From positions 347,746 through 411,745 of the forward strand of contig NMRA01000406.1 of the NCBI GenBank assembly GCA_002633005.1: a stretch of 64,000 nucleotides of DNA, in the 5' to 3' direction. Below the pieces are notes generated by a model. It was not told the DNA's origin. It was given only the letters and a program-made list of their open reading frames with translations, and ran no database searches. Every line of letters begins with the position of its first letter. Position 1 is the first letter of the stretch. The position numbers and the translations under genes were made by a program. The DNA is from Phoronis australis (lineage: Eukaryota; Animalia; Phoronida). Shown here piece after piece: positions 1 through 13,600 of this stretch.

Positions 1-1932
1 GTATGTTTGATATTTTGGTGACATTATATTAGGAGTTCTGTCTTTGAATACAAAAACTAAAGCGGGACTTTGAGGACAATTCAGTCCTCAAATTTTCACA
101 CAACCCTCCTGTCAACAGCAAGTTGTCATTTCTTAGCATCTTGGTGTCATTTTGTGGTGGTATTGTCACCATGTTGTCCATTTAGTGCTAGGCTTGCTGG
201 TATCAGCCTGGTTTTTCGTTTGTTTATGGGTGCATCAGGGGTTTCCGGATGGCAGCAGTGCCAATGGGTGTTGGTGGTGGTCCAGACAGTGGCGAGGTGT
301 CTGTGCTGTCGTGATCAGTGTTGTGGCAGCTGTTGTCATGGCGAGGCTGTGCTGCAAACATTATGAATGAGACTTATTGTGTATAAACAAATCCAAGAAA
401 ACATCCAGCATTGTTTTCATAAATAACAAGACTGCTGGACAGCAACATCCCTGCCAAAAGCTAGTCTTGTGTTAGTTTAACTGTGCTATAGATGGGTGTC
501 TCCATCTTCAACGGAACTCAAGACATGTCATGCTTATAATTATGCAAAGTGGGATTTAACAACTTAATGTTAATTAATACTAATGCCATTCAACTTCTCT
601 ATCATGTACATGTTTCAAAAAGATGTCATAATTGCAGCTCAACCACGTAATTTGTATTAGCGAATCAAAGTATACTTAATGGTGTCACTATAAAAACCGA
701 GTCAACAAATGTTTAATCACTAAATCTTCGTTCTGTTGTTACAACCGCCATTAACTGTTAGACATACTCGACTGACATCCCTAGCGGAATTTAAAAAATC
801 TTGTTACTGACAAAATGGCGACAAATTGGTAAAAGTTCTTGCTTCTATTTTTCTTTTGAATTTTCAATGACAAAATCGATAAGTTTCTGATGGACAGTCA
901 TCAAAAACCTTTCATACATTGGTATGCATCTCAAAATAACCTTAAGAGATATTCAAAATTCTTTGCACAAGTCACAGTTTGAGCCAGTATGGAAATTAAC
1001 ATCTGAATGAGGTTTCAGACCACTCAGTCTTCTGTTCATGGGAGCAGTCATCTTTTAGGTGTGTATCTGGGCTTCCAAACATGAAACAATAGTTAGGTAC
1101 CTGTCCAAAGTAAAGAATGAGGCCTATGCTAATATCAAGAGCTTAAACTATGCCTCATGCATGTCTACACTTATTGAAAGAAGATATGAAATGTGACCCA
1201 AACCATACCCTATCCTCTTGTCCAGCACTCAGGAATTTCAATGAATACCAGTTGCACAAAATGCCCAGAGGCAAGTTTTATTGATGTTGTTGCCCAGGGT
1301 CCTTGTGGAAGATTGATTGTTTTTTGTTTGCTTAGGTCACAGGATTTTTCTTCTTTAAAATCAGTCAGTATTCATGGAGTGCAGAGTATAATTAGACCAA
1401 AATTTACACCATACACTTTTGCAGGCAACGAGACTCTGCCTTCCACCATATTAAGCAAAGTAATAGTTGATTAGCTGACTTATTGAACTGCTTTCTATAA
1501 AGTTGAATAGAGTTGGGATTTTTGTGTTCAAATAAAGGCTTTTATAGCCTGTAATAATCTGGTATGGGAGTTTTAATGTGATATGTATGGTGATTGCCTT
1601 ACTGACATAAAATATATATTAGCTTTAAAGGTCACTTAGTGCAACAAGCCTTAATGTCTCTAAAGACCCAATAAGCATTACATGACAGTTTCAGCTCTCT
1701 GTACTCAATAGCTCAGTTGGATTACTACACTTGGAACTGTGATTACAATGTTCAGTTACCTCTCAAGCTCATGTTGAATGTATGCTTGGTTGCTAGGCTG
1801 TTAATCCTCAAAGCTTTAACTCCAGTATTTAATCTGTTACACTCCATTTTTTTCAAGACACTGGCCAGGGACTTGTAGGTATATACTCTTTATTGATAGT
1901 TAAGAGTTTTGCACGTGTATAATTTTGATAGT

Positions 1933-2360
1933 GATACCATGGGTATGTATTAGTGTGCAGTAGTATACTGCATGTAGTTCTGATATCCTGTTATTAGTAT
2001 GCAGCAATATATCACATGTAGTTCTCAAACCATGGGTATTAGCAGGCTGCAGTGTAATACCTTAGCATAAATAGCTTGCTGTGGTATATTCCAAGTAGTT
2101 CCGATACCCTGGGTATTAACATGCGCTAATATACCATGTGTAGCTCTCATAACCTGGCTATTAGCTTGCTGTAGTATACCTTGGCATTAGCTTGCTATAG
2201 TATGCTGTTAGTATGCAGTAATATACCACAGGTAGTTCTCATATCCTGGATATTAATATGCAGCAGTATACCATATGTAGTTCTGATACCTGGACATTAG
2301 TATGCAGTGCACCTCATGTAATTTTGATATTTTGATACCCTGGGTATTAGCCCACAGCAG
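1933..2360. repeat. Degenerate minisatellite, ~42-bp unit (GTTCTGATACCCTGGGTATTAGTATGCAGYAGTATACCATRTGTA-like)
   Basis: Roughly 9-10 recognisable diverged copies. Confidence 0.75.
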
Positions 2361-5118
2361 GTACACTACCAACACCTACTAGAATTGACAGTAATTATGG
2401 CTTCAAACATATCACTAATTTAGGACTAGCAAACAATTTTTGGCAATTGCAATTACTTTAGTTTGTGGAAAAATTGATGAGATTTTACCATCTTTCGTTG
2501 CAATTGCATATTTGTGCATCGTCTTTTGTAACATTCATAATTAGATCCAGGATTTCATGTGAAAGAGATTTCTTCAAGTATTAGTTGTTTTTGCTCCAAG
2601 GATTTTTCTAACTGTAGCTTGGTGACAGCGTAAGATATGGTGATCTTTTCTTGAAATTATCCCAGAACTTAGTTTTTCATGCTGAGACAATTTTAAATTG
2701 AATAAAAGTTGTAACAACGATAAGCACTAGTCAGCAACATAGAAACTTTAAGAGGGGTACTGCAGGTAAATTCACTGGGGTTTGTTCTGCATGAAAATTT
2801 GAAGTCAACCACCTAACCTGACAAAATTTCTTTCTTCGAGTGAAGGCCACAATTTGAATTTCTAGTATTACTAGTCATTTTCTGTTTACATTTTAGTTTT
2901 ATTAAAATGACGTACAAAGCATTCATGGCAGATCAATTGCATTAACAGATGTACTGTTACAAAAAGGTAATAAAACTTCACTGTATTACATAACATTAAG
3001 CATTTATAGTCAGCTTGAAATCATGAGTGATTTCATTGCAAGATCACCTTAACAACCGAAGAAACCTTCCACATATAGTTGTCAAAGAATTTAATTAGTG
3101 TAAGTAAACAATGAGGAATAAGTAAAATAACGTAGAAAACAAATCCGAAACTAAAAGAGAAATGTTTAAAATCTGGTTGACTAATTTTTGTTCATAAGAA
3201 AATTTGAAATGTGTAAGGCTCTCTTGAGTGATTTAAATCTGTTTTAAAATGTGGGGATGGGTCTGTCATCTTTTTAGGGTGGGGATATAACTGGACTTCT
3301 GAATACGTGGCGATACTTACAAAATAAATGCAACCCATGTTTATACCAAGAACTAGAATTGTGCTCGTATTGTAAGAAAGCCTAAAATATGACTCATAAT
3401 TGTAACTCATCTGGAAAAAGTACCAAGTATTCACTGTCCTCTTGTATAGAGCCCAGTGCTTTCATGAGATGCCCCAGGAATGTGCCCCATACAGAGTTAT
3501 CTAATGGGAACTTATACCAAGTGAAAATAGTGGTGTTCCCACCGCATTTTTATACCCACTTCATGTGAACTGAAACCCCAAATTTATATAATAAGCAATG
3601 TCCAAATTCTATTTTTTAGTTTTATTTTATTCTTCAGTTTACCACACACAGACCATAAATTGTAAATGGATACTTTTTGCTGCCTTCGTCTTTGTTCACA
3701 ATTTAAATGGGAAGTGAACTGGACCTGAATGGTTGAGTGGCCCAGGTTCTCTTTGCCTTCACCACCTGCTGTATGCAGCTTTGTAAACACAATTATAATT
3801 GTTACTCTCCAGTCCTTTATTGATTCATAATTTTAATGGCTCTAGAGAAATCCATTCAGTTGATTGAAAACTGAACAGTGCTTTGTGTACTTAGGCAATT
3901 AGGAAGAAAAGCCCACCATGGGCTAATTGTTAAAGATTTGTAAAGCTCAGTTTCCAGGGACTGCTAAAGAGTGAATTGTCAACACTCTGCTGTTCTTGCT
4001 ATGGTGGTTTAGCTGAATTTACCAAGTGAGTTCAGCTTAATCTGTTGGGAGATTTTAGATTCCATTCTTGGTGTCAGCCTAATAGACCATTTGTGGCCCT
4101 AACCTGAAGGGGTGGGGTGGGGCTGTCAGTTATAATGGGGGTGAGATGTCGTGCATTTTTCAAATTTTCTGGTGTAGGTTTGGGTCGCTCACCATGTTTA
4201 TGTGCATGCAGTCAGGTATTTCCAGGTGTATATGTTTTATTCCAAACAGGGGCTGATTACTTCAAAAGCACTCACTGAGTTTATGCTCGAGCCCACTGCT
4301 CTTCACTACTGAAAGTGCTTTATTAGTACGTATGTACTACTAAATCTACTAAATAAGCATTTGAGTTCACAAAATACATGGATAGTATACCGACTTGATA
4401 ATACTCTGTGTATTGCGACTACTGACATGATTTTAAAAAGGTACAAATCCAGATACCCCATCTAGCAGCCAATCATCTTGTTAGAACTTGGCCCTTATGA
4501 AGTACTAAATATGGGTAATGTTTAAGAATCATCCAGTTAGTATAAACATGGACACACTTGTAGCCCTTTGCACGAGCATACGTTTTTATTTTGGCCATTA
4601 TCGTCCCAGGCTTGACAGCCCAGTTACACCCCCACTGTGTCTTAAAAGATGACTGACCACCTCTCTGGGGGGCCTATGCTGTTTCAAACATTGTATTTTC
4701 TAACAATTAGTTACTTGACTCAGTAAAGTAATTAAATAACGTGTAAAGTCAGAAGGTGTGGCAGTGGTGAAAACATTTTCTTAAACTCGTTTTTGTTTGA
4801 TCATATTACTTTACATAGCAAAAGAGCTGAAATCTCAATATTCATATTAAGTAAAGATTTTTTTGTTACAAAGTCCCAATTTCTTATATTTAATAGTCCC
4901 CATCCTGCTGTCATCCAGCCAGAACTTCTACATTCTCACTGACCCCCTCAGCCTGTATTGCCTGACGCTGAGATGGGCAACTTTCAGAGATGAGACGGGG
5001 GCATGGAGATGGGGAGATGAAGACAAAAACTATGGAAAGTTGGCATCAGATAGAACAGCTAGATCACTTTAAATATCTTAAAGTGTCTGTGCTATATCAC
5101 TGACAATTTTCTTTCTAG

Positions 5119-5346
5119 GTTACATTCCGGGTAAAACTTTCAAATTTGGCAATACTTACAAAGAGGACTGTGACGTCTGCATAGACAAGTTCCTCTCGGC
5201 AAAAGAAAACAAGGAGGTACAGATACGAGATTTGCAGCACTCGTTAAAGACGCAAGCAAAACACCAGGCCATCACAGTGGAACCCAACATAAAGAATAAG
5301 ATGGACAAGTTTCACAACAGTCACCCACAACCTCCCATATTGTTAG
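5119..5346 (+). CDS. FAM166: FAM166-like internal exon
   Basis: ttctAG|GTTACATT acceptor, TTAG|GTAAGC donor; YIPGKTFKFGNTYKEDCD... Confidence 0.8.
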
Positions 5347-7246
5347 GTAAGCAGTACATGACTTGTTGTCTACACCTTGTAGGTCCTATTGAATGATTAC
5401 TCCATTTTGCCTGACTGTACTATTGATTTTTGACGAGGTCTACCTCGTGTCATTGTCTTTTATAGATATTCGGGAAATGTGGTGCATACGGCACCAGTTT
5501 ACACTTGACTAGGGTGGTGTTTGAGACACCATATAATGAAGTCTGGTGTAGAGAGAAACCAGTAGATGTTTGTGGCCATGTGATTACATGAGCAGCATTC
5601 AAGGTGATTGAGTAGAGTGGCTTATATGCTCTCTAAATTTTTACAGGTCTACCAAAAGACCTTTTTGTTCATGGAATGAACCAACATTGCAACTTATATT
5701 TTAGAGGACAGACGGAAGTTCCTGGAGCCACCGATGCCTGGTTACCGTGGTTTCATCCCTAGGATCTACAGCACAGAGCAGGGACTAGGGTGTCGCTATA
5801 ATCAGATGACCAAAAACGGGCTGGCCACGTTTAAGCAAGAAAATGACATGCATCACCATGTCAACCAGACTGCTGTCAGTGTGGACAGAGGTAGCATGAT
5901 CCCCATGCCTAGCTACGCCCGTCGGCTGTACCCCCAGGGAGGCATGATACCCAAATACACGGGTTACATACCACGTGAGTCGTTTACTACGCATCACAAG
6001 TATGGTCATACAGTATTTTTTCCCACGAATGTTGACAAATTTCATCTTAACTTTTTCTGTTTTTTAAGTTATGGCAGAAAACCAGTAGGAAAACCGACGA
6101 AAATTTTACTTGACCAAACTTCGTCAAGGGTAATGGTGCATCATTGTATTTGATATTTTCCTCCAAGCTTGAATTTACTCCCTCCCTTACTATCCAAAGG
6201 TCAGTTAACTTGAAAAAAGACTATTGATGAGTTAAGGCAAATCAGCCTTGTTAAAAATTGTGAAATCAATGTACTTTTTGCGCCAGTCAGCTTTTGAAAC
6301 GTCGACTTTCAAGTTCGCACTTCGCAGAACCTTACCTCCCGGTAGCCGTTGCTTTGCCAACCTAGATAAGATTGCTGGTCAGGAAAAGGCTGTTATTTTT
6401 AGGCAATTCCGTCACCAGACAAAACTTACTAAGTTGTGACCAGAATAAACATCCCACGTCCTGTATGAGCATGGTAACTTAGCTTGTGGGGTATACTCTA
6501 ATGCGCTAAAATCTAGGCATCTGCCACACGTCTTAGTAAGGTTATGCAAACTTTTGTGAGGAACCTTGAATATGGTTGAGGTCCAAACAGCTTGAATAGT
6601 ACTGACCAAGATAAATAAAACTGACCATATAACTAACTTTTTGGCTCAACTGTCCCAGTAATCAGTATTCAAGCATGATGACTTCATTTAGTATTAACAC
6701 AAAATCATCTTTACCATGTGAATGTCGAATAGTATGCCGATTTATGTAACCATTTCAGTAATCGGCTGTATAAAATCTTGTCCATCAGATTTCTGCTAAA
6801 AGGTTTAATGAATTTTTAGAAACTGTGTGGCATCCTCCACCTTGTGGTCTCTTACTTTAATGTCTGAGAGTTGATTTTTAGAAGCCAATGTTTTAGTGAC
6901 CTTCTGTCATTGTGTAAAGTCTCTTCTAAAGTGATTAGACTGAGATACAAATGCCGCCTTGGATCACGTGTCCACGTGTTATGATAATTTGAGAATGTAT
7001 TTGGCAAAGTTCATTAGGCTTTTGAAAAAGTAAGGCAAGTGACACATGTTAAGTATATTTATTGGACAATTTAATTCTTGCGACCTCTAAGGCATAATTT
7101 CATCCAAATTATTCTCTTCTTAATTTTCAGAGCGCCGTTTCCATTTTGGCAACACTTATGGTGACACGTCCAGGTCATTAGACATCTGTAACCACAATAA
7201 AGATTGCTATGGAGACCACGCCAATTCAACACGCTTGACCTATTGA
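5119..7246 (+). CDS. FAM166: FAM166/CIMIP2-family ciliary microtubule inner protein, 3' part; exons 5119-5346, 5705-5974, 7131-7246 (5' exons not found in window)
   Basis: Phase-compatible GT-AG exons give (G)YIPGKTFKFGNTY...PPILL-E-DRRKFLEPPMPGYRGFIPR...GMIPKYTGYIP-Q-RRFHFGNTYGDTSR...RLTY*. Repeated PGYxGFIP / YTGYIP + FxFGxTY motifs are typical of FAM166 (CIMIP2). Paralog (A/B/C) not resolved. Confidence 0.8.
5705..5974 (+). CDS. FAM166: FAM166-like internal exon
   Basis: tttAG|AG acceptor, CCAC|GTGAGT donor; PPMPGYRGFIPR...GMIPKYTGYIP. Confidence 0.85.
7131..7246 (+). CDS. FAM166: FAM166-like terminal coding exon
   Basis: ttttcAG acceptor; RRFHFGNTYGDTSRSLDIC...RLTY then TGA. Confidence 0.8.
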
Positions 7247-10200
7247 AGGACAGCATGAATGCACTTGATCCCACCTTCTATAGAACAGTGGAGTGAAAGA
7301 TGGTGGAAATTTGTGAAAGAACTATCAGTCTTTGTACAGAATAATACAGTTTATGCAATTTATAAAATAATTCTTTAGAAATTTAGCCTGAGCAATTTAC
7401 TTTAATTGCTATTGAAGTATATATTTGTTTACACCCGTTGTTGATTAAGTCATTGAATTTCACAACTCTGATTTTTATTGTAGGTTTAGATTAATTTGTT
7501 AAAATGTAGTTGTCTAACACTTGTTACAGTAATGCACTGATTCAATGTATTTTTAATAATTTTATTTAACCACCATTGTAAACTCACTAGATAGTATTAT
7601 TTTCTTTTTATTTTTAACTGCTGATAACTTTATTTTTTTACAACTGCTGCCTGAATATATATATATATTGATATTTCGAACACTATATAGTGAGGAGTTA
7701 TGTCTTTACAATGATTCTTGATAGTTATTCTCTAGAAGCATTTGTCTTGAATTGGATGATTTTAAGAATAAGATATCAAGTTCTCATAATTGAAATGGAT
7801 CAAAAATTAACTTTGATAAGGCATTTAGTTAAAGACATTAAACACTAGTTCATGAAAACTCCATCAAGTGGCATTCAGTTAGGCTATCTCTCTCTTTCCT
7901 GGTTCCCTGCTCTCTGCAGCAGAAGTGAGAATCTACCTCTGGTAATGTCTGAAAGAGCAAATTTATAAATTGTGGCTGCTCTATTTTCTTTCTGCTTAAT
8001 TTCTAATGACTATTCAGATTGTAATCACATTCACACTCGTACATTTTAGTACAAGTTTTTACTGCAAGGGGAATTCCCTCAGGCATATTGCCAACGATGG
8101 TTTCTATGATTACCAAAAAAGGTTAGCCAAACTAGTTTGGTGTTTTCGAGACCATATGCCATTTCTAAGAGAGACCATTTTCGTCTGGATAGTGGACAAA
8201 CAAGAGTCCAATTGCAAAGGTCCTACTATGCCGAAGAAGGCCAAGTCGAAATATGCTCAGCAGAATTGTATGTGAACTTGTTACCAGAGGTAGATATTAG
8301 TTGGAGTTTCCTATCTGGCTGCCACATTGTTTGAGCTGCATAAATAGCCGGAGCCCAGTCCAAGAACATTATTCATTTATCCCATACAAATGTTGCTATA
8401 CACAAAGAGGAATTAAGTGTCTTAAACTAAACTGTGATGTGCTACGCAACTAATAAACACAAATTAAGGTACAGATTTCTTTCTTTGTGAATTTGAATTA
8501 TTCAGAGTGAGTCAGTCCAAACCCAAGTGTTGTGTAACCCTGAGGATGGGCTGTCCAACTGATGAAATTGTTGTTATTGACCTTCCTGTACAAAACAATA
8601 AATTAAATGTAAAATATACCTGCATTATTGTTTTGATTCCTGCGTGGAAAAATTGTTCGCAAAATGCAAGCGACTATAAACCGTTTTTCTGAGCTGGGTT
8701 GATTATTTACTGACAGTAACTCCCAACAGTATTCTGACAAAATACTATCATGACGGGTTATGACTGGTCATTCTATTGACCCTGACGGTGCTTGTACTCA
8801 GCCATCACGAAGGGCCATTCTCACTACCCTGATGGTGAATATCACATTTACTCGGCAGTCACAACGAAGAATGTTCTTTTCGCTCAACAATCCTGTTGTT
8901 AAACACTGGGTTGTTTTGCTGTATTTTGTTGTGTACAGTAGGTAAATTGTTAGACAAGAAGCTACAATAACTATAACATGAAAAGCATAATGGTGTGAGA
9001 ACGGCTGCAGGTTTTCATAAGTTTTGTTGTCAAAGTTACGATGTAAGATAAGCATACTCCTGGAAACACACATAGATTGTGATTTGATGTTACAATCAAT
9101 GCTTAAATGGATACCGCACCCAACAATGGTCTATTGACACATTAAAAACGACTTTCCCCACCTTGTTCTCTGAAATAAAATAATATGCTGTAACCTCCCA
9201 ACAAACCCCAAAAGGTAATTGCAAGATTTCTTCTTACAATATGTACTAAATGGGCAAGCCATACCTACACTTTAGGCGAGTTACACAACTGTATGGAAAG
9301 ACCACCCAACAAGAAACATAATATCCAATCTGTGGCATAGAGAGTACGAGTTATTAGGTTAAATCCTGTTTCTATCATTCAAGTGAGACGCCAATGACGC
9401 ATTAGCAGGTGACAACGAGGATTGGTTGAAATCACAAAAACGCCGTTTAGTATCGTTTTAACTGTAGTCAATGTTGCTGTGCTTGTGTAGAGTTCACAAT
9501 TCATTGTATTTTCATTGGTTACTAAGTGTATCACTTCTCCAAAAACATATTTGGTTTTAAAGTCTAATTTCAGCAGATTTTTTTTTATTTTATATGTATT
9601 GGGTTAACCAGATAGTCCTAGCAAAGCCTTTTAGTAAAATAAGAAAACACGAGTTCAATCGCAGAAATGTAATCCCATAAAATAAGTGAAGCTGCCTTTT
9701 AGTGCCATGTTGTGTCACCGCGAGATCCCAGCACAAACGACAAAAGGCCGACAACAGCTGTATTGAATAGGAGTCTGAACAGAATACCATTGCGTGTGGG
9801 TTGTATTTGCAGCTGTTTCAATTAAAAGATGATTTTAGCGGTGACGTAGACAAAAGCAAGCCAATACGCCTAACAGTTTGTTACATTTGGCAATTTATGG
9901 CACTAGTGGGCTCAGAGTGATACTCTGAATATACTGTAGGATCCAAATTTACAGGTGTTACCGTTCAAGATAGGCCTTAAAAACATTTAGATGGCTAATT
10001 GCGTAAGACAGGAAACCATTGTTACCAAATTATAAAATAGATTTTATTACATTTAATACTTCATTCATGAACATCATGATTACAGTAATTACTCAATCTA
10101 TACTTATAGTAAGCAAGCAATCTACGAGTTCGATGTGAACATGGCCTTGCTATAGAGATGTACTGGTCTAATGATGATGAGAAAATGTAATGAAACATTT

Positions 10201-10504
10201 AAAGCAGACAATACAGTGATAATCAGATATACCGTACCCACATTTTGAGAACCAGTTTGATGCTGGTCACTACATGGAAAAAACTGATTCTCAACATGCG
10301 GGCATCTTATATCAGAACATTACCAACAACACAATTTGGGGACATATGGTCTTTAGTGCCGACATAGAGATAAAGTTTTAATGGTCCAACAGCATGATAT
10401 CGATTCTTTCAAAAGCTCATTGGGACATTTGCAGAAGGGTTCAACTAACCAAGGCCAAGTCATAATCCTTGTATGGTCACTCTCCTGTCATGATCTGTGC
10501 ATGG

Positions 10505-10648
10505 TCACCACAGGAATGATGACCTTTCCCTCAGTATTCTCATACCCAGTCGCCGCCACTCTCCTGGCTTGATCCATAGTTCCTGTGTTGTATCCAAGCA
10601 GCTCAATACTGAGGCACCTTTCCAACTCACTAATGTGGGCTCTAAATC
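10505..10648 (-). CDS. ACTR8: ACTR8 exon 12 (terminal)
   Basis: DLEPTLVSWKGASVLSCLDTTQELWIKPGEWRRLGMRILRERSSFLW*. Confidence 0.95.
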   Translation of the reverse strand, partial: DLEPTLVSWKGASVLSCLDTTQELWIKPGEWRRLGMRILRERSSFLW

Positions 10649-13600
10649 CTGCAGTAAAATACAAACACTGAAGAATATTGACAAATAAGTGTATAATGTA
10701 TTGCAGAAAGGAAAATTACTGTAACTTATGTCAAACAGGAATACTGTTTGGTGGTGTCCATAGGCTGTTGCCCATTAACACACGGTGTTTAAACTGTCCT
10801 GAAAGGCATCATCTGACATTACAATAATTTGAAGTGACCAACCAACTGGTGTCTAACTACGTGCAGCAGCCACAAATTCTGGGCAAAAGTGAGCCGTTTT
10901 CAGGATTAATCCTGAACTAGACCATCTCAATGCCAGACTACCTTAGGTCTTGTGAACACATCCATAGATTCAAGCTGGATTCTGTATTGACCAGGCATTT
11001 GTGTACAGATCTTGTACTGAAGCCAACCCTGAACACCGTGGAAGGTGAGACCTCCTCCAACCACCAGCAGTGTACTGTACAAGCGCTTCTTCAACTCATC
11101 ATTGTCTGAAGACAAAATATACAAGTCACACATTCTCTGAAGACAGAATACACTTCTAGGTATAACCCTGTGTGCATGTCTAGATATATCCCTGTATACA
11201 TGTCCAGATATATTCCTGTATACATGTACCCCTGTATACACGTCTAGGTATACCCTTCTATACACTAATAGACAACAGGACAACATCCAGGCATCACTCA
11301 GGGGCTGGGCTCAATGAAAAGTGCTTAACATCAGCCATCAAGTGGGATTTGTGAAGACAGAATACAAATATGTATAGGCGTGGGAAGCAGAGGGGCAAGG
11401 TAAGCATGCAATCATTACGGAGTGGAGATAAGTATCGCCTTCCCCCATAGCCTAAGGTCTTACAGTAGTCACTTAATCAAAGACTTTGACCATCAGATCT
11501 TGTTTTAAATTTAAATTAAAAAGGTTTAAAGATTTTTGGGGAAGTTTTGGATGTTGTGAAACACATTAATGAAATAGTCATGAAAGATTACTATGATAAT
11601 TCTCCACCTCATGACATTTCGCACACCAAAAGTATTTCGAAAAATGTTTTGTCCCTCACTTCTTTCGCACAAGGTTAGTTGGTGGGAATTTCTTGTCTCA
11701 CCTAATTCACAATCAGTTCTGCACTTTGGAAAATGACAACGCAAAGCCTTGGCATAATACTTGTAATACACACCATTGTATTAATAAGGTTTGATCATTG
11801 TATAATCACCACTTAACTCATCCACATGGGATATCTTGTGCTACTGTTTACATGTGGTGCAGGCAGTGACCTGGCTGCGTGTCATGTCACTCAAGAGACG
11901 TATGCTCAAAAAAGTGTTTCACCAAGGATGGAATAAAGTATTTCTTGTTGGAAGAGGATAAAATATTACTGTTGATTGGATCACATCAGCAACCCGTAAG
12001 CTCATTTTGTTAAATTCACAAACACAAGTCAAGCAGTTGACGTTACTACTTATTTAATTCCACACTCTTGTGAAATACAAAGTCTGTGTATTCCGTTTAT
12101 TTAGCACACCGCGATTATCAGGAAAAATAAATTCATTTTTCACAAAATAAATGGAGAATTACTAATCCACTCACCTCCACTTTGTGATATACTGTACAAG
12201 ACGGCCTGGTCGAGGCCCAGCAGCGATCCATCTAGACTTGAGTCCTCTGTCTCCGCTGGCTGAGTTCGGTCCAAACTGACGTCCACAGCATCATTAGAGT
12301 CTTCATCGACAAGTATTTGTGATTGACTGTTTGTGTCGTCGACTATATCCTGGCTCTGATTGGCCGACTCGGCATTTTCCTTCTTTTTGGCAGCGTTTAA
12401 TCTCGCTGACTAAAGGATAAAAGTATAGACATTAAAGAACACCTGATAGCATTTGATCATTTAAAGGTGAGCTACAAGGAAACAAATGGCAAAAGTTGAA
12501 TGTGTACTTTGTCAATTTGATCTAATGCAATATTACTAGCACCATAAGATATGCCAATAAACGTATGAAGATACCTCAAAATAATGTCATTCAAAGTGGC
12601 ACAATATGGTTTAATGCATGTTAGACACACCTTTTGAAGGTAGTAATAATTATAGACAACATGTCTTGCTGCATGAGATGTGACAATAAAAAACTGTTGA
12701 AAGAAAAAAAATTACTACACGGGCCAGGTACAATACAGGATGAATTCTGGAATAAGTATACTGGTTCAGAAGATCTGTCAAAAGATGTTCAAACACAAGA
12801 CACCTTGACAATTTAGAATTGCCAACAGAAGACATTTTGCTTATCAGATCCATCCGGAAATTTCTTGTGTAAAGAACATGTGGCACTGTATAGTTAACAA
12901 CTGGATTACAGTAAATACGCAATATTAACTGCAGAATAAAATTATAACTGGAAGCAAAAACATAACTTGAGATTAAAACCTGGTGAAATTCAAAGATAAA
13001 TTGAAGACTTATTAATGTACCTGTTCCTGTTTACTCTGTGTCTGGGCCAAGTAGCTGGAGTCCCAGGGGTCATCAGGGTCAAAGGGCGCCGACCTCTGCA
13101 GCATGGTTAGGTTGTCACCACCAAGACCCAACAGATCAGGATGGAAGACGGCCAGTGGAGCAAGCAGTCTCTCATCTCCAAACTGAACCGCATAGTTGAC
13201 AATCTTTTTCTCGGGATGTTTGACTTGGACAACTTGTTGATCAACACCAAACAAATCCTAAAAGTACAAACATTTATGAAGTCTTTATAGATGTGTTATC
13301 TATTACTAAGTGTAAACTGGACTTAACTTATCTTTCTTCGATAATTCAAAAGAATGTCCATCTAATTTGACTACAAAATAGGCAATCAACAGCCAGCAAA
13401 GATATTTCAATACAACAAGGCAGCTTAGGGAATACTTTTATTTAACACATACAGTTAGTTTAAAATTCTTAAATTTCAAAAACTTGACATTTTTCGCAAT
13501 TTGTTCCATTGTATGTAGTTTCATCTTTAATTTAAATTATAGCAATTGAGAAATAAATCTATTTTCCATGTGCTGTTATAAGCCTTTTCCCCCAAACACT

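Noticed and set aside
70-370. Cys/Trp-rich short ORFs at the window start
   Set aside because: Non-ATG starts, GT-rich low complexity, no splice or homology support.
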